A stretch of DNA of 64,000 nt, from positions 1,178,761-1,242,760 of the forward strand of contig CBDCVR010000013.1 in assembly GCA_965223155.1 (NCBI GenBank), read 5' to 3'. This DNA is from Candidatus Multivoradales bacterium. GTDB lineage: Bacteria; Acidobacteriota; Thermoanaerobaculia; Multivoradales; JAHEKO01. The notes under the pieces were generated by a model. It ran no database searches and was not told where the DNA came from. It worked only from the letters and a program-made list of their open reading frames with translations. Of the stretch, positions 1 to 9,216 are shown piece by piece (position 1 is the first letter of the stretch; every line of letters starts with the position of its first letter). A program made the position numbers and the translations under genes.

Positions 1-410
1 CCTGGACCCGCGGCGAGTTCCAGGAGAGCTTCGAGACCAGCTTCTCGGACTGGGCGCCCTTCGTGCGCAAAGGCGATGCCGTGCCCTACATTCCCGAGCA
101 CCAGCTCTTTGCCGGCATCAGCTTGGAGCGGGAGCGCTGGGCGGCCCATCTGGACGGCACCGTAACCGGCAAGATGCGGACTCGGGCGGGCTCGGGACCG
201 GTTCCCGAGAGCGAATCGATCGGATCGCGAGCCGTCTTCGATCTGCGAACCGAGTTCCGCGTCAACGACCGGATCCGCCTCTGGAGCCAGATCCTGAACC
301 TGACCGACCACGTCTACGTCGCCGGCCGGCGGCCCGCCGGGCTGCGTCCGGGCCGGCCCCGCGCCCTCCTCTTCGGCGTCCGCTTCGACCTCGCCCGTGC
401 CAACCGCTGA
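1..410 (+). CDS. TonB-dependent receptor, C-terminal part (FecA-like); start lies outside the window
   Basis: Beta-barrel end ...QILNLTDHVYVAGRRPAGLRPGRPRALLFGVRFDL, with the NL(T/F)D..Y and PGRPR..G..F signature of TonB receptor C-termini. Confidence 0.8.
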   Translation, partial: WTRGEFQESFETSFSDWAPFVRKGDAVPYIPEHQLFAGISLERERWAAHLDGTVTGKMRTRAGSGPVPESESIGSRAVFDLRTEFRVNDRIRLWSQILNLTDHVYVAGRRPAGLRPGRPRALLFGVRFDLARANR

Positions 411-420
411 TGGCCGGCTG

Positions 421-624
421 ATGGCCAAGAAGCTCAAGGCATCCTGCTGCGAGAAGTTCCGGACCAAGGACAAGAACGCCTGCAAGCGCTGTCCGGCCCT
501 GGCGCTGCTGCGCCGGCTCGAAGCCAACCGGCGGTCGGCTTCGGGCACTCGGGGCCGCCTGTCCGAGAAGAAACGACGCAAGCGCCTCAAGAAGGCGGCA
601 CGCAGCCTGCGCGAGGCGGCGTAG
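421..624 (+). CDS. Small basic Cys-rich protein with an FhuF-like CC-x10-C-x2-C motif
   Basis: MAKKLKASCCEKFRTKDKNACKRCP...; GC3-rich codon usage; starts 10 nt after the receptor stop. Confidence 0.65.
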   Translation: MAKKLKASCCEKFRTKDKNACKRCPALALLRRLEANRRSASGTRGRLSEKKRRKRLKKAARSLREAA

Positions 625-752
625 CGCCCGAAGGCCAGAATCGGGCGCCCAGTACCCGGCGGCCGCAAACGCCGGCGAGACGGCGACGACCCGCTAGCGC
701 GGCCGGGACTCTGCCGCGGTCTTGCGCCCGGCGAAGAGCAGCGTCAATCCAA

Positions 753-910
753 CTAGTGCTGATTCCGGAAGAAGCTCACCGCCGCGCGCCGGGCCGTGGG
801 CGTCACCATCTTCTTTGCAGCGCTTCTCTTCAACGCCTCCTTGCAAAGCGTCACATCCGCGAGCGCCGTCTTCAGTCGCCGATTCTCTTGCTTGAGCTCC
901 TTCAACCGAC
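753..910 (-). mobile_element. IS3-family (IS407-like) transposase remnant covering the orfA/orfB junction
   Basis: ARRLKELKQENRRLKTALADVTL (OrfA leucine zipper) followed by MVTPTARRAAV (OrfB start), then stops; no HTH start or DDE domain. Confidence 0.75.
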
Positions 911-970
911 GGGCCTCCCCAGTTGCTGGCACGCACGCCAACCACCTTTTCGTTCGTCTAGAATGCTCGC

Positions 971-1243
971 GTGAACGTGTTGTCTGGCATTTTTATTGGC
1001 TGGTTCAACGACCCCTGGCTTGCCCGCCTTGGAATTCCATTCATCTGGGGACTGATGTGGTGCGCCTACCAGTCGATCTTGGGCGGTTCGGAAAGCCACG
1101 CAGCCGAGATGGCTGCCCGAGGCGTCCAGGCGCCCCCAGGTGGGTACGCCTGGGCCTATTATCGAATTGAGTACTGGACAGCAGCACTCACAGCACTGAT
1201 CTTCTCGATAGCTACCGGTGTCCTCAAATCTCTCATGAATTGA
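971..1243 (+). CDS. Small hypothetical membrane protein in an AT-richer islet
   Basis: 90-aa ORF with two hydrophobic segments; composition visibly differs from the flanks. Confidence 0.45.
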   Translation: MNVLSGIFIGWFNDPWLARLGIPFIWGLMWCAYQSILGGSESHAAEMAARGVQAPPGGYAWAYYRIEYWTAALTALIFSIATGVLKSLMN

Positions 1244-1354
1244 ATAGGGGCAGACGGACCACAGCTCCTCAAGCCAATACGGGCGAGAGCTCGATACCAA
1301 CTCCTAGCCCAGTCTTCGACGGAGCAGTAAGCCGCTTGCTTTGAGAGAGTTATA

Positions 1355-1430
1355 TGGTGAGCCGCCAGGGACTCGAACCCCGAACCCGCAGATTAAGAGT
1401 CTGCTGCTCTGCCAGTTGAGCTAGCGGCCC
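1355..1430 (-). tRNA. tRNA-Lys(CTT)
   Basis: Reverse complement GGGCCGCTAGCTCAACTGGCAGAGCAGCAGACTCTTAATCTGCGGGTTCGGGGTTCGAGTCCCTGGCGGCTCACCA: 76-nt cloverleaf, anticodon loop CTCTTAA, encoded CCA. Confidence 0.97.
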
Positions 1431-1465
1431 ACGAACGGCAAATTCTACACGCCCGAAGGTGGGGG

Positions 1466-1714
1466 TCAACCACCCTGGACGAAGCGGACGATCTCCAGCC
1501 GGTCGCCGGCCGCCAGCGGGATTTCCTCGAACCGGACGCGCCGCGCCAGCTCGCCGTTGTGCTCGATCGCGACCGTTCTGGGATCGAGGTCCAGGTCGGC
1601 CAGGAGCGAGGCGACCGTGGAGCCTGCCGGACAGTCGTGGTCCTCGCCGTTGACCTGGATCGTCATGGTCTCGGTGCGGCGCGTGTCAGCGATCGATGTC
1701 GTGTCCTCTGTCAT
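1466..1714 (-). CDS. thiS: Sulfur carrier protein ThiS (start may be the later MTIQVNGE)
   Basis: IQVNGE...VAIEHNGE...GDRLEIVRFVQGG with C-terminal GG. Confidence 0.9.
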   Translation of the reverse strand: MTEDTTSIADTRRTETMTIQVNGEDHDCPAGSTVASLLADLDLDPRTVAIEHNGELARRVRFEEIPLAAGDRLEIVRFVQGG

Positions 1715-1724
1715 CTCGGGACCT

Positions 1725-2432
1725 CTAGATCAAGTGCTTGATCTCAGCCGAGCCCAGCTCGCTGGTCGCCGTGATAATCAACGCCGCCGTGCCCTTGGCA
1801 ATGGCCGGAATCGCGACCTTGAGGTTGAGGTTGCCGTCGGAGTTGGTGGTCCCTCCTCCCAGTGCCACCGGCTCGGCGACGGTTGAGATGAGCTTGACCG
1901 CGATCTGAGCCTCGGCCACCGGATCCCCCGAGCCGCTAGCCTCGGCATGAAAGGCCAGCAGAGCCTCGCTGCCCAGGTCCAGGTCGCCGGTCGAGTCCAT
2001 CGCCAGCACCAGGTGTTCCTGATCGGCCTCCATGTTCAAGTAGTCCAGGATCACCTGATCCAGGCTGGGCGTGCTGCTGACCTCCTCGGGCATGGCCAGA
2101 CCCGCCGTGGGCGCCGGCTTCAAGTCGGGCTCTTCGGGTGTTTCGGGGACCGCGATCGGGCCTAGCTGCCGCTCGACGTCGGCGTCCATGCTGCCTTCCC
2201 GAATCTCGGCGATCATCTTCTTGTGCTGCTCCTCCAAGAGGGCGAGCACGTGCTCCTTGCCGCCCTCGCCCTCCTTGACCATGCGCGCGTAGTCGGTGCG
2301 GCGGCGGCCCAGAATCTGACCGCCGACGTAGACCAGGCTTTCGACGTAGGGGTTGTTGACACCCTTGTCTTCGGTCTGGACGTGGAAGACCAGGCCCCGG
2401 TGGCGAACGTCGGTGTTGTAGCCGGTGATCAT
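1725..2432 (-). CDS. Conserved hypothetical protein
   Basis: 235-aa ORF beginning MITGYNTDVRHRGLVFHVQTEDKG; strong coding bias; co-oriented with thiS. Confidence 0.75.
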   Translation of the reverse strand: MITGYNTDVRHRGLVFHVQTEDKGVNNPYVESLVYVGGQILGRRRTDYARMVKEGEGGKEHVLALLEEQHKKMIAEIREGSMDADVERQLGPIAVPETPEEPDLKPAPTAGLAMPEEVSSTPSLDQVILDYLNMEADQEHLVLAMDSTGDLDLGSEALLAFHAEASGSGDPVAEAQIAVKLISTVAEPVALGGGTTNSDGNLNLKVAIPAIAKGTAALIITATSELGSAEIKHLI

Positions 2433-2674
2433 GGGTCGCGTCTCGCGGCTCCGCCGGCGAGCGGCCGGAGTCCTATCGAACGACGTATTCTAGTGCGGCG
2501 GCAGCCAAAACCGCAGTGGCGAGCGGCACTCCCATCCTCGGTTGCCGCCGCGCGCGAGCGTCTTGCCGGGCCCGGGAGCGCGTGACAGAATCTCCCCGTT
2601 CCCAGAATCGCCCGGCCCGACGCCCGGCGGTCTCTCTGGCTAACGTTCACCCTACAGTTCGGGAGGTACCACCT

Positions 2675-3490
2675 ATGGCTGAGGCTTCAGCTGAGCAAGA
2701 GACACGATCCACCCTGGTCCAATACGAAGTTCGTGACGGCGTCGCCTATCTGACCCTGACCGATCCGCCGGCCAACACCTACACCCACGAAATGATGCGG
2801 CAACTCGATGACGCCATCCTGTCGGCGCGTTTCGACCCGGACGTCCACGTGCTGGTGGTGACCGGCCTGGGCGAGAAGTTCTTCTGCGCCGGCGCCAACA
2901 TCAACATGCTCCAGACCTCGGATCCGGTCTTCAAGTACTACTTCTGCCTCCACGCCAACGAGACGCTGAACCGGCTCGAGCACACCCCGAAGCTGGTGAT
3001 CGCCGCGCTCAACGGCCACACCGTCGGCGGCGGCCTCGAGATCGCGATGGCCGCGGACTTGCGCATCGCCAAGAAGGACGCAGGCAAGGTCGGTCTTCCC
3101 GAGATCAATCTGGGCGTGCTGCCCGGTACCGGCGGCACCCAGCGTCTGTCGCGCATCGTGGGCAAGAGCCGCGCGATCGACCTCATGGTGACTGGCGACC
3201 TCCTCTCCTTCGAGGAGGCTCAAGACCTGGGCGTCGTCAACCGCATCCTCGAAGGCGACGACTTCATGGACCAGATCCACGCCTTCGCCAGCCAGTTCTG
3301 CCCGCCCAACAAGGCCGCCAAGGCGGTCGGCCGGATCAAGCGGTCGGTACAGTCCGGCTGGGAGGTGCCCTTCGAGAGCGGTCTCGCCATCGAGCGCGAG
3401 CTCCAGCAGCAGCTATTCCAGAGCGACGACGCCCGCGAGGGCCTGGCCGCCTATATCGAGAAGCGCAAGCCCGAGTTTCAGGGGGCCTAG
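2675..3490 (+). CDS. Enoyl-CoA hydratase/isomerase family protein
   Basis: RBS GGAGG; FCAGANI, ALNGHTVGGGLE and GLPEINLGVLPGTGGTQRL crotonase motifs. Confidence 0.92.
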   Translation: MAEASAEQETRSTLVQYEVRDGVAYLTLTDPPANTYTHEMMRQLDDAILSARFDPDVHVLVVTGLGEKFFCAGANINMLQTSDPVFKYYFCLHANETLNRLEHTPKLVIAALNGHTVGGGLEIAMAADLRIAKKDAGKVGLPEINLGVLPGTGGTQRLSRIVGKSRAIDLMVTGDLLSFEEAQDLGVVNRILEGDDFMDQIHAFASQFCPPNKAAKAVGRIKRSVQSGWEVPFESGLAIERELQQQLFQSDDAREGLAAYIEKRKPEFQGA

Positions 3491-3493
3491 AGC

Positions 3494-4963
3494 GTGTCCG
3501 ACGACGCCACACTCCAGCCCCAGGTCCCGCCGGCGAGGCTCTTCATCGGCGGCACCTGGGTCGATGCCGAGAACGGAGCAACCTTCGCTACCGAGAACCC
3601 GGCGACCGAGGAGACCGTGTGCGAAGTCGGCTCGGGCTCAGCCGCCGACGTGGACCGGGCGGTCGAAGCCGCGCGGTCCGCGCTCGACGGGGACTGGGGC
3701 AAGACTTCGCCGCGTGCCCGCGGCAAGATCCTGTGGCGGATCGCGGACCTTTTGGAAGAGCGCACGGAGGAGTTCGCGCTGCTCGAAACCCTCGACAACG
3801 GCAAGCCCATCTTCGAGTCGCGCTACGTCGACATCCCGGCCGGGGTCGAAGCGCTGCGCTACTTCGCCGGCTGGGCGGACAAGATCCACGGCGAAACCCT
3901 GTCGGTCGAGGGACCGTTTTCCTTCGCCTACAGCCTGCGTGAGCCGATGGGAGTGATCGGCGCCATCACGCCATGGAACTTCCCCATCATCCAGGCCCTC
4001 TGGAAGATCGCCCCGGCACTAGCCTGCGGCAACGCGGTCGTCCACAAGCCCGCGTCCTACACACCGCTGACGGCGCTCAAGTTCGCCGAGCTGGCGGTCG
4101 AGGCGGGACTGCCGGCGGGGGCGCTCAACACCGTGCCCGGCGGCGGCCGAGCGGTCGGCGGCGCCCTGGTCGAGCACCCGGACGTGGCCAAGATTACCTT
4201 CACCGGCTCGACCGAGGTCGGCCGCGGCATCATGAAGAGCGCCGCCGACACGATCAAGCGGGTGACGTTGGAGCTGGGCGGCAAGTCACCCAACATCGTC
4301 TTTGCCGACGCCGACCTCGACAACGCGGTCAAGGGCGCCTACAACGGCATCTTTTACGGTAAGGGCGAGGTATGCGCCGCCGGCTCGCGCCTGTTCGTCG
4401 AACGCTCGGTCCACGACCAGCTGGTCGAGAAGCTGATCGAGCGCACCAAGCGGCTGGAGCCCGGCGACCCGCTCCATCCCAAGACCCGACTGGGCGCTCT
4501 GGTCTCGGCCAGCCAGCGCGAAACGGTCCTCGGCTACGTCGGCATCGGCAAGCAGGAGGGCGCCGAGGTCGCACTCGGCGGCGCGGCTCGCGATGTCGGC
4601 GGCAAGGGCTACTTCATGGAGCCCACCATCCTGACCGGAGTCGACAACTCGATGCGCGTGGCCCAGGAGGAGATCTTCGGACCGGTGCTCGCGGTGATCC
4701 CCTTCGACGACGCCGACGAGGCGGTGGCACTTGCCAATCGATCGATCTACGGCCTGGCCGCGGGCGTCTGGACCCGGGACATCGGCAAGGCCCACCGCGT
4801 CGCCGCCAAGCTCCAAGCCGGCACCGTCTGGCTCAATCAGTACAACTGGTACGACTCGGGCGCTTCGTTTGGCGGGTACAAGCAGAGCGGCTTCGGACGC
4901 GAGCTTGGCAAGCAGGCGCTCGCCTACTACACCGAGAGCAAGACGGTCTTCGTGGGCAAGTGA
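3494..4963 (+). CDS. NAD(P)-dependent aldehyde dehydrogenase
   Basis: [27 protein letters not shown] (catalytic Cys), EEIFGPV. Confidence 0.95.
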   Translation: MSDDATLQPQVPPARLFIGGTWVDAENGATFATENPATEETVCEVGSGSAADVDRAVEAARSALDGDWGKTSPRARGKILWRIADLLEERTEEFALLETLDNGKPIFESRYVDIPAGVEALRYFAGWADKIHGETLSVEGPFSFAYSLREPMGVIGAITPWNFPIIQALWKIAPALACGNAVVHKPASYTPLTALKFAELAVEAGLPAGALNTVPGGGRAVGGALVEHPDVAKITFTGSTEVGRGIMKSAADTIKRVTLELGGKSPNIVFADADLDNAVKGAYNGIFYGKGEVCAAGSRLFVERSVHDQLVEKLIERTKRLEPGDPLHPKTRLGALVSASQRETVLGYVGIGKQEGAEVALGGAARDVGGKGYFMEPTILTGVDNSMRVAQEEIFGPVLAVIPFDDADEAVALANRSIYGLAAGVWTRDIGKAHRVAAKLQAGTVWLNQYNWYDSGASFGGYKQSGFGRELGKQALAYYTESKTVFVGK

Positions 4964-6168
4964 CGGCGCGGAGATCCGAAGCGGCCGAGCCACTGTTTCT
5001 GGCGGCGCCGGTACGCACTCCGATTGGAAAGTTTGGTGGCCGGCTGGCCGCCCTCGGCGCCGCCGACCTGGGCGTGGAGGCGGCGCGCGCCTGCCTCGAC
5101 CGGTCCGGGATCGCCCCCGGCGCAGTGGATCAAGCGATCTTCGGGCACGCCCGCCAAGCCGGCGGCGGCCCTAACACCGCGCGGCAGATCGCCTACCGGA
5201 CGGGCATCCCGGTCGAGCGCCCGGCATTCACGGTCAACCAGGCTTGCGGCTCCGGACTGCAATCGATCCTGGCGGCGGCTCGAGCGATTCGCCTGGGCGA
5301 AGCCGAGCTGGTGCTGGCCGGCGGCACCGAGAGCATGTCGAACACGCCCTACCTCCTGCCCCGCGCGCGCTGGGGTTACCGGCTGGGTCACGCCGAGCTG
5401 ACCGACGGCATGTACCGGGACGGCTTCTCCGATCCGCTCTCGAACCTGGTGATGGGCGAGACCGCCGAAGAGCTGGCGGCCGAATACGGCATCACCCGCG
5501 AGGCCGCCGACGCCTACGCCGCCGGCTCGCAGCAACGCTGCGAGGCGGCCCGCGGCCGGGGCCGCTTCGAAGCCGAGATCGAACCGATCGTGGTCGAGTC
5601 CCGCAAAGGCAGCGTCACGGTGACCGCGGACGAGCACCCTCGAGACGGGGTCACCCTCGACTCCCTGGCTAGGCTCAAGACCGTGTTTCGAGACGGCGGC
5701 ACGGTGACCGCGGGCAACGCCTCGGGAATCACCGACGGCGCGGCGGCGGTCTTGGTCGCCTCGGAGCGAGCGATCGACGAGCACGGACTCACCCCCGCCG
5801 CCCGGCTTCTGGACTGGGAGGTCGTGGGCGTCGAGCCCAGAATCATGGGGATCGGACCGGTGCCCGCGATCCAGGCGCTGCTCGCCCGGCACGACCTCGA
5901 GCCAGAAGCCATCGACGAGATCGAGATCAACGAGGCCTTCGCCAGCCAGGTTCTGGCCTGCCAGGCGGACCTCGACTTCGATCCGGCCCGGGTCAATCCG
6001 GACGGCGGTGCCATCGCCCTCGGCCATCCGATCGGCTGTACCGGCACCCGGATCACCGTGACGCTGTTGCACGGCCTCGAGGCCCGAGGCGGCCGCCTCG
6101 GTATCGCCAGCCTGTGTGTCTCCGGAGGCATGGGCCTGGCGCTTCTGGTGGAACGGTTCGATGGGTAG
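4960..6168 (+). CDS. Acetyl-CoA C-acyltransferase (thiolase)
   Basis: VRTPIG, NQACGSG, NEAFA, GHPIG, CVSGG; GTG start overlaps the ALDH stop. Confidence 0.93.
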   Translation: MTARRSEAAEPLFLAAPVRTPIGKFGGRLAALGAADLGVEAARACLDRSGIAPGAVDQAIFGHARQAGGGPNTARQIAYRTGIPVERPAFTVNQACGSGLQSILAAARAIRLGEAELVLAGGTESMSNTPYLLPRARWGYRLGHAELTDGMYRDGFSDPLSNLVMGETAEELAAEYGITREAADAYAAGSQQRCEAARGRGRFEAEIEPIVVESRKGSVTVTADEHPRDGVTLDSLARLKTVFRDGGTVTAGNASGITDGAAAVLVASERAIDEHGLTPAARLLDWEVVGVEPRIMGIGPVPAIQALLARHDLEPEAIDEIEINEAFASQVLACQADLDFDPARVNPDGGAIALGHPIGCTGTRITVTLLHGLEARGGRLGIASLCVSGGMGLALLVERFDG

Positions 6169-7576
6169 CGGGTTCGCGAGACCACGAGCTCTCGCCGGCC
6201 GAAGACGGCGTCCGGGCGCCTACGCTTGCTGGCTCGCCATCGCTGCCACGGCCGTGCTCCTAGGTTGCGCCAGCCCACCCCCAAGCTTGATACCCGAAGC
6301 TCCCAACCTGCTCCTGATCGTCGTCGACTGCCTGCGTTCGGACCACGTGTCGGCCAACGGCTATCCGCGCCGCACGACCAAGAACCTCGACCGGATCGCG
6401 GACCAGGGACTGTCCTTTACCCGGGCCGTGTCGCAGTCGACCTGGACCCGTCCCACGATGCCGACGCTCTTGACCGGGCTGTACCCGTCGGAACACGGCC
6501 TGATGGCCTATGAAGTCGCCGATGGCAAGCCCCAGGCCAAGGCTGAAGAGATCTATACGCCGGTGCTGGACGACTCGGTGGTAACTCTCGCAGAACGTCT
6601 GAGCGAAGCCGGCTACACCAACGCGGTCTTCGGCGAGCAGGCCCAGCTTTCGCGCCGCTTCGGACTGGATCAGGGCTTCGACGCCTACGAGGTGCATTTG
6701 GGCGGAACGCGGTCCATCAACGACCGCTTCGTCGAGTGGCTGGACCAAGAGCGTCCGGAGAGGTTCTTCACTCTCCTGCACTATTTCGACTTGCACTGGC
6801 CGTACTGCCCGCCACCCAAAGCTCTGGCGGTCTTCCGTCCGAAAGGGAATCCCTTCAACCCATGCCGCGGAGCCAAGGCGCTCAAGCACGCGATTCGCTC
6901 CGGTGAGCGTACGCTCACCGAGGACGAGATCGAGGCCACCAGGGCCTTCTACAACGCCGAGCTGTTCGCCATCGACCTCCGTGTCGGACTCCTCGTCGAG
7001 GAGTTAACCGCGCGCGGGCTCTGGGAGGAGACACTGGTCGTCGTCACCTCCGATCATGGCGAGGAGTTCGCCGAGCACGGCGGCATCGGTCACAAGAACT
7101 GGCCCTGGAACGAGCTGGTTCGGGTGCCGCTGATTCTCAAGCCGCCCGCGGGTTGGCCCGGACCGCGCGGCGAGCTCCGCGACCAGGTCGTCGAGAGCCG
7201 CACCGTGGTCTCGACCTTCCTGGACGCCGCCGGCCTCGGACCGCAGGAGGGCAACCCCAGTCTGCTGCCGGCCTTGACCGGAGGCGAACAGGAGCTGCCT
7301 CCGTACGCGATCTCGGAGTCCAGCTTCGCGGTCGCCGTCTCCACGGCGACCCACAAGCTCATCACCGATGAGAAGGGGGCGGGTCCGCGACTCTTCGACC
7401 TCGTGGCCGACCCCCTCGAGACGACCGATGTGGCCGCAGCCAATCGCGAAGTCGTCCGGCGGCTCTACCGCTACCAGCGGAACTGGCGCCAGGGGCTCGC
7501 AGGTTCGGCCGCCCGTCGTGAGGCGCTTTCCGACGAAGCCATCCAGGAGCTGAGAGCCATTGGCTATCTCGACTAG
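6161..7576 (+). CDS. Sulfatase-like / alkaline-phosphatase-superfamily lipoprotein
   Basis: Lipobox LLGC; NLLLIVVDCLRSDH, WTRPTMPTLLTG, TSDHGEEF, LFDLVADPLE, LRAIGY. Confidence 0.85.
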   Translation: MGSGFARPRALAGRRRRPGAYACWLAIAATAVLLGCASPPPSLIPEAPNLLLIVVDCLRSDHVSANGYPRRTTKNLDRIADQGLSFTRAVSQSTWTRPTMPTLLTGLYPSEHGLMAYEVADGKPQAKAEEIYTPVLDDSVVTLAERLSEAGYTNAVFGEQAQLSRRFGLDQGFDAYEVHLGGTRSINDRFVEWLDQERPERFFTLLHYFDLHWPYCPPPKALAVFRPKGNPFNPCRGAKALKHAIRSGERTLTEDEIEATRAFYNAELFAIDLRVGLLVEELTARGLWEETLVVVTSDHGEEFAEHGGIGHKNWPWNELVRVPLILKPPAGWPGPRGELRDQVVESRTVVSTFLDAAGLGPQEGNPSLLPALTGGEQELPPYAISESSFAVAVSTATHKLITDEKGAGPRLFDLVADPLETTDVAAANREVVRRLYRYQRNWRQGLAGSAARREALSDEAIQELRAIGYLD

Positions 7577-7609
7577 ACCTCCAAGCCCGAAGCTCGGCCC
7601 GGCGGCCCG

Positions 7610-8377
7610 ATGAACGAAGCCGTTTCGCTCGAGACCGAAGGACGGCTGGCAACACTCGTTCTGAACCGGCCGCCGCGCAACGTTCCGGATCTGTCCGCGC
7701 TTCGGACGCTCGACTCGGCACTAGCCGGCCTCGAGGCCCGGGAGGACCTCCAGGTCCTGGTTCTGCGCGCGCCAGAGGGATCCTCTTTTTCGTACGGCGT
7801 CGCGGTCGAAGACCACGTTCCCGAGCGGCTGGGCGCGATGCTCACTACCTTCCACGGCGCGCTCCGGCGGCTGCTCGCGATCCCGGCGGTCTCGATCGCT
7901 CTGGTCGACGGCTACTGCCTGGGCGGCGGCCTGGAGCTGGCCTGCTGCTGCGACCTCGTGATCGCGGCCGAAGACAGCGTCGTTGGGTTCCCTGAAGTCG
8001 AGCTGGGCTGCTTTCCACCCGCGGCGGCGACCCTCTTGCCCAGAATCCTCGGCTATCCGAGGACTCTCGAGCTGCTGACCACGGGCCGGCGTCTGTCCGG
8101 CTCCGAAGCCCGGACGTACGGCCTGGTATGGGAGGCGGTGCCGGCGGCGGACCTGGGCCGCCGTGGCGAACACTTCGCGGGCGATATCCTGGCGAAGAGC
8201 GCGCCGGTGACGCGCCTCATCAAGGAGACTCTGAGCCGGCGGCGAAGCGAGCGGATCCTGGCCGATCTGGCCGAGACCGAGAGGATCTACCGCGAGAGGC
8301 TCACCGGAGTCCACGACATGGAAGAAGGAATCGCCGCTTTTCTGGACAAGAGAGCGGCCGTCTGGTCCCACCGCTAA
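7610..8377 (+). CDS. Enoyl-CoA hydratase/isomerase family protein (dienoyl-CoA hydratase-like)
   Basis: LNRPPRN, FSYGVAVEDH, GYCLGGGLE, FPEVELGCFPP. Confidence 0.85.
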   Translation: MNEAVSLETEGRLATLVLNRPPRNVPDLSALRTLDSALAGLEAREDLQVLVLRAPEGSSFSYGVAVEDHVPERLGAMLTTFHGALRRLLAIPAVSIALVDGYCLGGGLELACCCDLVIAAEDSVVGFPEVELGCFPPAAATLLPRILGYPRTLELLTTGRRLSGSEARTYGLVWEAVPAADLGRRGEHFAGDILAKSAPVTRLIKETLSRRRSERILADLAETERIYRERLTGVHDMEEGIAAFLDKRAAVWSHR

Positions 8378-8409
8378 CTACTGAAAGACGGAAGACAAAG
8401 GAGAACTCC

Positions 8410-9186
8410 ATGGCAGATACCGTTCTGCGAGAAACCGAGGGTCGCGTCGCGATTCTCACGATCAACCGGCCCGACAAGCTGAACGCCCTGAACCAGGCGG
8501 TCCGCGACGAGATGCTCGAGCACCTCGAAGCGATCGCGGCCGACGACGGCGTTGGAGCCGTGGTCATCACCGGCGCCGGAGAGAAGTCCTTCATCGCCGG
8601 CGCCGACATCGGTGAATTCGAGGGACGTTCTCCCTTCGACCAGCGCGAGGCCATGGCGAGCCCCAGGGTCTTCGACGTCATGTCGAGCTTTCCCAAGCCG
8701 GTGATCGCGATGATCAACGGCTTCTGCCTGGGAGGCGGTTGCGAGCTGGCATCCGGGTGCGACATCCGCGTGGCTTCGGACAGGGCCCGTTTCGGTCAGC
8801 CCGAGATCAATCTGGGCCTGATTCCCGGTGGCGGCGGCACCCAGCGCCTGCCGCGTCTCATCGGCCTGGGGCAGACGCTCCGCCTGGTGCTGACCGGCGA
8901 CATGATCGGCGCCGAGGAGGCCCGGCAGATCGGACTCGTGGAGCTGGTGTTCGGCGCCGACGAGCTGCGCGAGAAGACCCTGGAGCTGGCCGCCAAGATC
9001 GCCTCGAAGAGTCCCCTGACCCTACGGGTCGCCAAGGAAGCGGTGCGCGCCGCCTGGAGCACCTCGATTGAAGACGGCACCAAGTACGAGCGCGACCTCT
9101 TCTGCCTGTGCTTCTCGTCCGAGGACAAGGAGGAGGGCGTCGATGCCTTCCTCAACAAGCGTTCGGCGGATTGGAAGGGCCGCTAG
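8410..9186 (+). CDS. Enoyl-CoA hydratase (crotonase)
   Basis: INRPDKLNALN, FIAGADI, GFCLGGGCE, GQPEINLGLIPGGGGTQRL; RBS AGGAG. Confidence 0.93.
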   Translation: MADTVLRETEGRVAILTINRPDKLNALNQAVRDEMLEHLEAIAADDGVGAVVITGAGEKSFIAGADIGEFEGRSPFDQREAMASPRVFDVMSSFPKPVIAMINGFCLGGGCELASGCDIRVASDRARFGQPEINLGLIPGGGGTQRLPRLIGLGQTLRLVLTGDMIGAEEARQIGLVELVFGADELREKTLELAAKIASKSPLTLRVAKEAVRAAWSTSIEDGTKYERDLFCLCFSSEDKEEGVDAFLNKRSADWKGR

Positions 9187-9216
9187 GACGAACCCAGGCC
9201 ACCGCGGCGGCGGCGT

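Noticed and set aside
695-712. att-site duplicate of the tRNA-Lys 3' end
   Set aside because: Only a short GGGACTC match; compatible with chance.
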